A DNA stretch of 64,000 nucleotides, from positions 10,726,001 to 10,790,000 of the forward strand of contig OZ176051.1 of the NCBI GenBank assembly GCA_964247055.1, in the 5' to 3' direction. Within the stretch, counting starts at the first letter, position 1. Each line of letters begins with the position of its first letter. The notes below the pieces were generated by a model. That model was not told where the DNA came from, ran no database searches, and saw nothing but the letters and a program-made list of their open reading frames with translations. Below are positions 59,719 through 64,000 of the stretch, piece after piece. Origin of the DNA: Paragordius varius (Eukaryota > Animalia > Nematomorpha). A program made the position numbers and the translations under genes.

Positions 59719-61399
59719 CTCTAATTTTCGTTTTATAAGGTGACCTATTGCTTGAGAGGAAGTAGTATGACTTCTAATAACAAACATAGGCTAGGTAATA
59801 ATCTCTATAACATGTTTTATATTCAATATAAAGATGGCGTATGATTATGTAGTAGGAAAATTTTATCAACGTTTTTGGATGTTAAAAATGTTTTAAATTT
59901 AATTTTATGTTTTAGATTTTCGTTTTATAAGGCCACCTATAGGAAGTAGTATGACTTCTAATAGCAAACGTAGGCTAAAAAATCTTTATAGCATGTTTAA
60001 TATTTAATATAAAGATGGCGTATGATTATGTAATAGGAATTTACATTAAACGTTTTTGAATGTTAAAAATGTTTGTTTAAATTTAATTTTATGTTTTTGG
60101 ATGTTAATAATTGTTGTTTAAATATAATTATCGTGGTGTAATAGCTTTGTTAACTTCTATTTTTTGAAATAAATATAATTTTTACACCTTTTTTGCTGTT
60201 TTTTTATGTAAAAAAAGCTAAAATTTACTCAGCTGTATATACTTTTATATACTGAAATTTTTCTATATTTACCAATACAGTTCATACAAAAACATAATTA
60301 TTTCAACCAAATGCAACATTATATTATAAAAACAACATTTTTCCAAGTAAACACAACACTGTTTTCCAGCAATTTTTGAAAATTAAAAACCATATTTATT
60401 TAATGACATATTAAATATTAAGTAAATGTAATTTAATTTTAGCGTAGAACAATGATTTTTATTGTTATCAATATTTATTGGTAAATTTAAACATTTTAAT
60501 TTTCCCCATAAATTAAATTATTTATTTATATTTTACAACAGTTTTACCTAATCAATATATCAATTAGGTTTGAGATTATCCTTGTAAATTTAAAGTTGGT
60601 CCTACACTTCTTTGGTCCTCAGTATTTATTTTTGATTCTAACTTTTATTAATGAAGCAATAAAATATTCATCCATCCTATCATTTAAATCCTATTTTCTT
60701 TATTATCCTAAAAAGTGAATACCATTTCTTTCATAACTACCGTATTACATTTGCAAATTTAGCTCTATTAAAAAATATATAAGTTTTGTGAATTATTGAT
60801 ATTATTTAGTACGTTAATAAATATTTAATATTGATAAATAAAAGATTTAATTAACACTAATAAATAAAGATATTATTAGTTTAAATTTAAAAAATAGATT
60901 ACATACAAAAATAATAACTATGCAAACTGCTAAAAATAAAGGTATTTTAAGTGAAGGATAACTTTAAACTTTTAAAGTCACTCTTGAAGCGCAATTGTAT
61001 AGATTGATTAGGTGAAACTTAATTTGAAAAGTAAAAAATAATTATGTAAAGAAATAATGCAATTTATGGGTAAAATTAAAATGTTTGAAAATCAATCAAT
61101 TTATCATCACATGTTGAAGCAATAAAAATCATAATTCAACGCTATTATAATAGTTTAAAATTATATAAATACAATCGTCCTAATATAAAAAATTCTTTTT
61201 AATTTTAAAAAAATTGTTGTTTTTGCTAGAAAAAATGTTGTGTTTGGTTAAAAAAATGTTGCATTTGGTTAAAAAAATGATGTTTTTGCATGAAAAATGG
61301 TATATTTGTTTAACACATACATAAAATATAAAAAATATAATCCTAAAGTATTGTTTTATTTTATTGTGTCTGGACAGGTATACAATATTTGAAATTTTA

Positions 61400-62210
61400 G
61401 GAAAGTTTGAAAGATTTTCCCCATTTTGATAGCTTATCGTGTTTATAAGGAAGACTATGAGGTTTTAAAAACATTTTCAAACTGGTGCAATACGGTTATC
61501 ATTATTGTCATGTTACAGGGGCTTATAAAGTTTTATAAATTGTAATATTTTTCATAGGTCATGGGAATATTTTTTGGAATACAAAAAGGGTTTCCAAAAT
61601 TTTTTTGCGTCCTGTGTGAGTGGGACTCGCGTGACACCGAGAATCACTACACAAAAAATTGGCCGTTAAGAAAATATGGAGTTGGGCCCAAGAATTAGAT
61701 TTCTCTATCAATGTCGGTTAACAAATCTGTTTTGCCAATGCACACCCTGCTTTGACTAGCTAAAACATTTTTGTGTAGTCTTGATAAAAATGGAGAAGCT
61801 TGGGCTCATTAATTCTGAAAGTTTAGCATGACGCCCCCCAAAAATTAACCTCGCAGTTTTGATAGGGCTGCAGGTATTATACATTTAATTTTACGTGACG
61901 AGCCTTTTGAACGATGTGGCGTTTGAAAGAAAGAGCATCATGGGTTGCATTGCGAACTTTTCCCCAAATTTTTTGGGAAATTCAAAAAATAACAGTTACT
62001 TGGAATTAGCCAATTGCTTAATCGACTCTTTCTATAAGATGGGTTCTGTATGTGTTATGCATTCATTTTTTAACATTATAATTTTTTTATCCAAAAATAT
62101 AGGATTCTACATGGGTCTTTAACTTCATATGGTGGATTTCCATCTGCTATTTCCTAAAGCGCCATTACCAATCAAAGAGGCGAAAAGCGATATCAACTAT
62201 TAAAACTCTT
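61400..62210 (+). pseudogene. Decayed DNA-transposon transposase (CFLCEWDSR / ERFHQDI..EKRYQG family; I recall this as Sola2-type, unverified)
   Basis: Fragments IAYRVYKEDYEVLK, VMGIFFGIQKGFPKFFCVLCEWDSRDTENHY, SLDKNGEAWAH, LLNDVAFE, NFLGNSKNNSYLELANCLIDSFYKMG and EKRYQ occur in the order expected for this widespread animal transposase family. Confidence 0.75.
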
Positions 62211-64000
62211 TGAAAAAATTTACCAACATAATATAAATTTAATTTGTGATTATATATATATATATATGAATAAATAAATTATTTATTTTATTTGTTCTAT
62301 ATGTATTACTCCTATATTTTCAGTCCAAAATTAAGATAGATTATCCGTGTTTTTAGCATCCTGACCGAAATCTATACTTTAATTAATAGTCACCCTAACT
62401 TGCTAAAGCATTATAAATTTAAATATGTTAATTAACCGTATAAATCAATAAATTATTTTTGCTATATAAAACAGCATGGAAAGGCTTAGTCTAATAAAAT
62501 TATAAAATGAAAATATTTATTGGTGGTAATATATGTATAACTGTTTTCATTTTTTATACCCGTCGGATATCCTAAATTTATAAAAAAAATACTTTGGGAT
62601 TTTTTTAGGCATAAAATTTAGTATCGTTGAACAAATATGTGGTAAATCTCCAAAAATAAGTATATTTTAGCTTTTTTTTATAAAAAAAACAGCAAAAAAG
62701 TGTAAAAAATAAATATATCTTTAAAAATCAATGCAACAAAGCTTTTTCACAATGATATTTATATTTAAACAAACATCATTATTTAATATCAAAAAGGGTT
62801 TGTTTTTATTTATATGATGATAACAAATATTTGAGTAAAATGTTAACTTATCCACTTTTAGAGGGTTGCCCCTAGAAAAAAATGTATTGAATATTTTGAG
62901 TTATTATTTTATTTTGAAGATAGATTGGTGGTATTTAATAAAAGCATTATTATACGCCACATATTATTTGTTTTAAAAATATTTACAAACGAGAAAATAT
63001 TGGGAATGTCCAAATTTGGAAAAAGTCCCATATCTCGAAGAGGGGCTCGATAAGTAAAAATTCTTTACACAGATCTGATCACAATACCATGAGTAAACAG
63101 AGATATTAAAAATGTAAGATCCAGATAATTAACCCAAAATTATGTTGCAAGTGTCATCACGATTTATCTTTAACTAAGTATAAATAACAAAATATTGTTA
63201 AATTTTAAATATATAAGTACTTTGAAAGTTCCAAATTCTTTAATCTTCAATGGGGGTTTCTTAGAAAAAAATGTCAAGTTTTCGCGATTAAGTTTCTTAA
63301 TATATGGTGGTGGCATTATTTGCGCAAAAAAACGCTCTAAGATACAAAAACATTCTATCTTAAAAATACGAGAAGGCTTAACCCTTTTAACAATTCAGTA
63401 AACTTAAAGGTTCTTCTTTCGAATTTTAAGCAATATTTTTTTAAAAAAATTAAAACTTAAATTATATATTAAATCAATTTTTTAGGTGATAGAATTCAGG
63501 ATTCTCGAATTGTGAAAAGTGGTTCAATTATATTTAAAGTGTAACATATTGTTTCATCGTGATTCAAAAAAGTATGAAATACTATTTATAAAAATTTTTG
63601 TTAAAAATTAAATATTTGAACAATGAGAGCTTTTTTTAGATTGGTGGATTACTATTTATTTATAATTTAGTTATTATTTTGAAGAAGCATTTACCTTTTT
63701 AAAAAATTTTATTTAACAAAATGTTTCGCTATTTTCTGATATTGAGCACCTAAGTGTAAATAACTTCCTTATCACTCGTAAGGCCAAAACCAAAAGCTCA
63801 TGATAATCCCAATATTTTATTATCATAATATATATATTCCATCAGAGTACCCTTTTTCGAAAGCAGTAATGCGCATATGTCATGCTGACCAGTAACCGTT
63901 AAGTTTATCCATAAAATAAGTAATAACAGGTTAAAAAATTTTTGTTTTTGGGTTTATTACTTGGATACAACACATACATTGGTGTTTGGATTCATTGGAG

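Larger units (their letters stand above)
59116..63165 (+). mobile_element. ~4-kb long-TIR DNA transposon relic with a decayed transposase
   Basis: 62560-63165 is a diverged reverse complement of 59245-59590 joined to 60104-~60300. The internal region carries transposase motifs (see 61400-62210). Confidence 0.75.

Noticed and set aside
62095-62175. Minus-strand kinase-like peptide EIADGNPPYEVKDP
   Set aside because: Surrounded by stops and antisense to the decayed transposase on the plus strand, which explains the region.
63195-63900. Several small splice-bounded open segments near the right edge
   Set aside because: They could not be joined in consistent phase or matched to a known protein; more sequence is needed.

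Overview
Very AT-rich eukaryotic (animal-type) genomic DNA read with the standard code and GT-AG introns; there are no prokaryotic features. I could model four host genes by hand: a VOPP1/WBP1-like gene (minus, probably running off the left edge), an intronless GIT-type ArfGAP (minus, 11196-13751), a 23-exon NCBP1/CBP80 (plus, 13844-28040) and a 13-exon TBC1D24/Skywalker (minus, 28803-46070). GIT and NCBP1 are head-to-head with only 92 bp between start codons. The rest is dense in transposon remains: a TSD-flanked hAT (Buster-type) element and its MITEs, Tc1/IS630-like fragments and MITEs, several long foldback inverted repeats, a non-autonomous Helitron, and a nested cluster at 53.5-63.2 kb (long-TIR DNA transposon, Penelope GIY-YIG fragment, RTE LINE). 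The most notable signals are three hammerhead-ribozyme folds (two copies of a retrozyme-like module and a G3:C8 covariant hammerhead downstream of the Penelope ORF), a natural Arg-to-Ala change at the GIT catalytic finger, 26-30 nt introns, and large insertions in CBP80 and TBC1D24. All alignments, folds and family names were done by eye or from memory; no searches were run.
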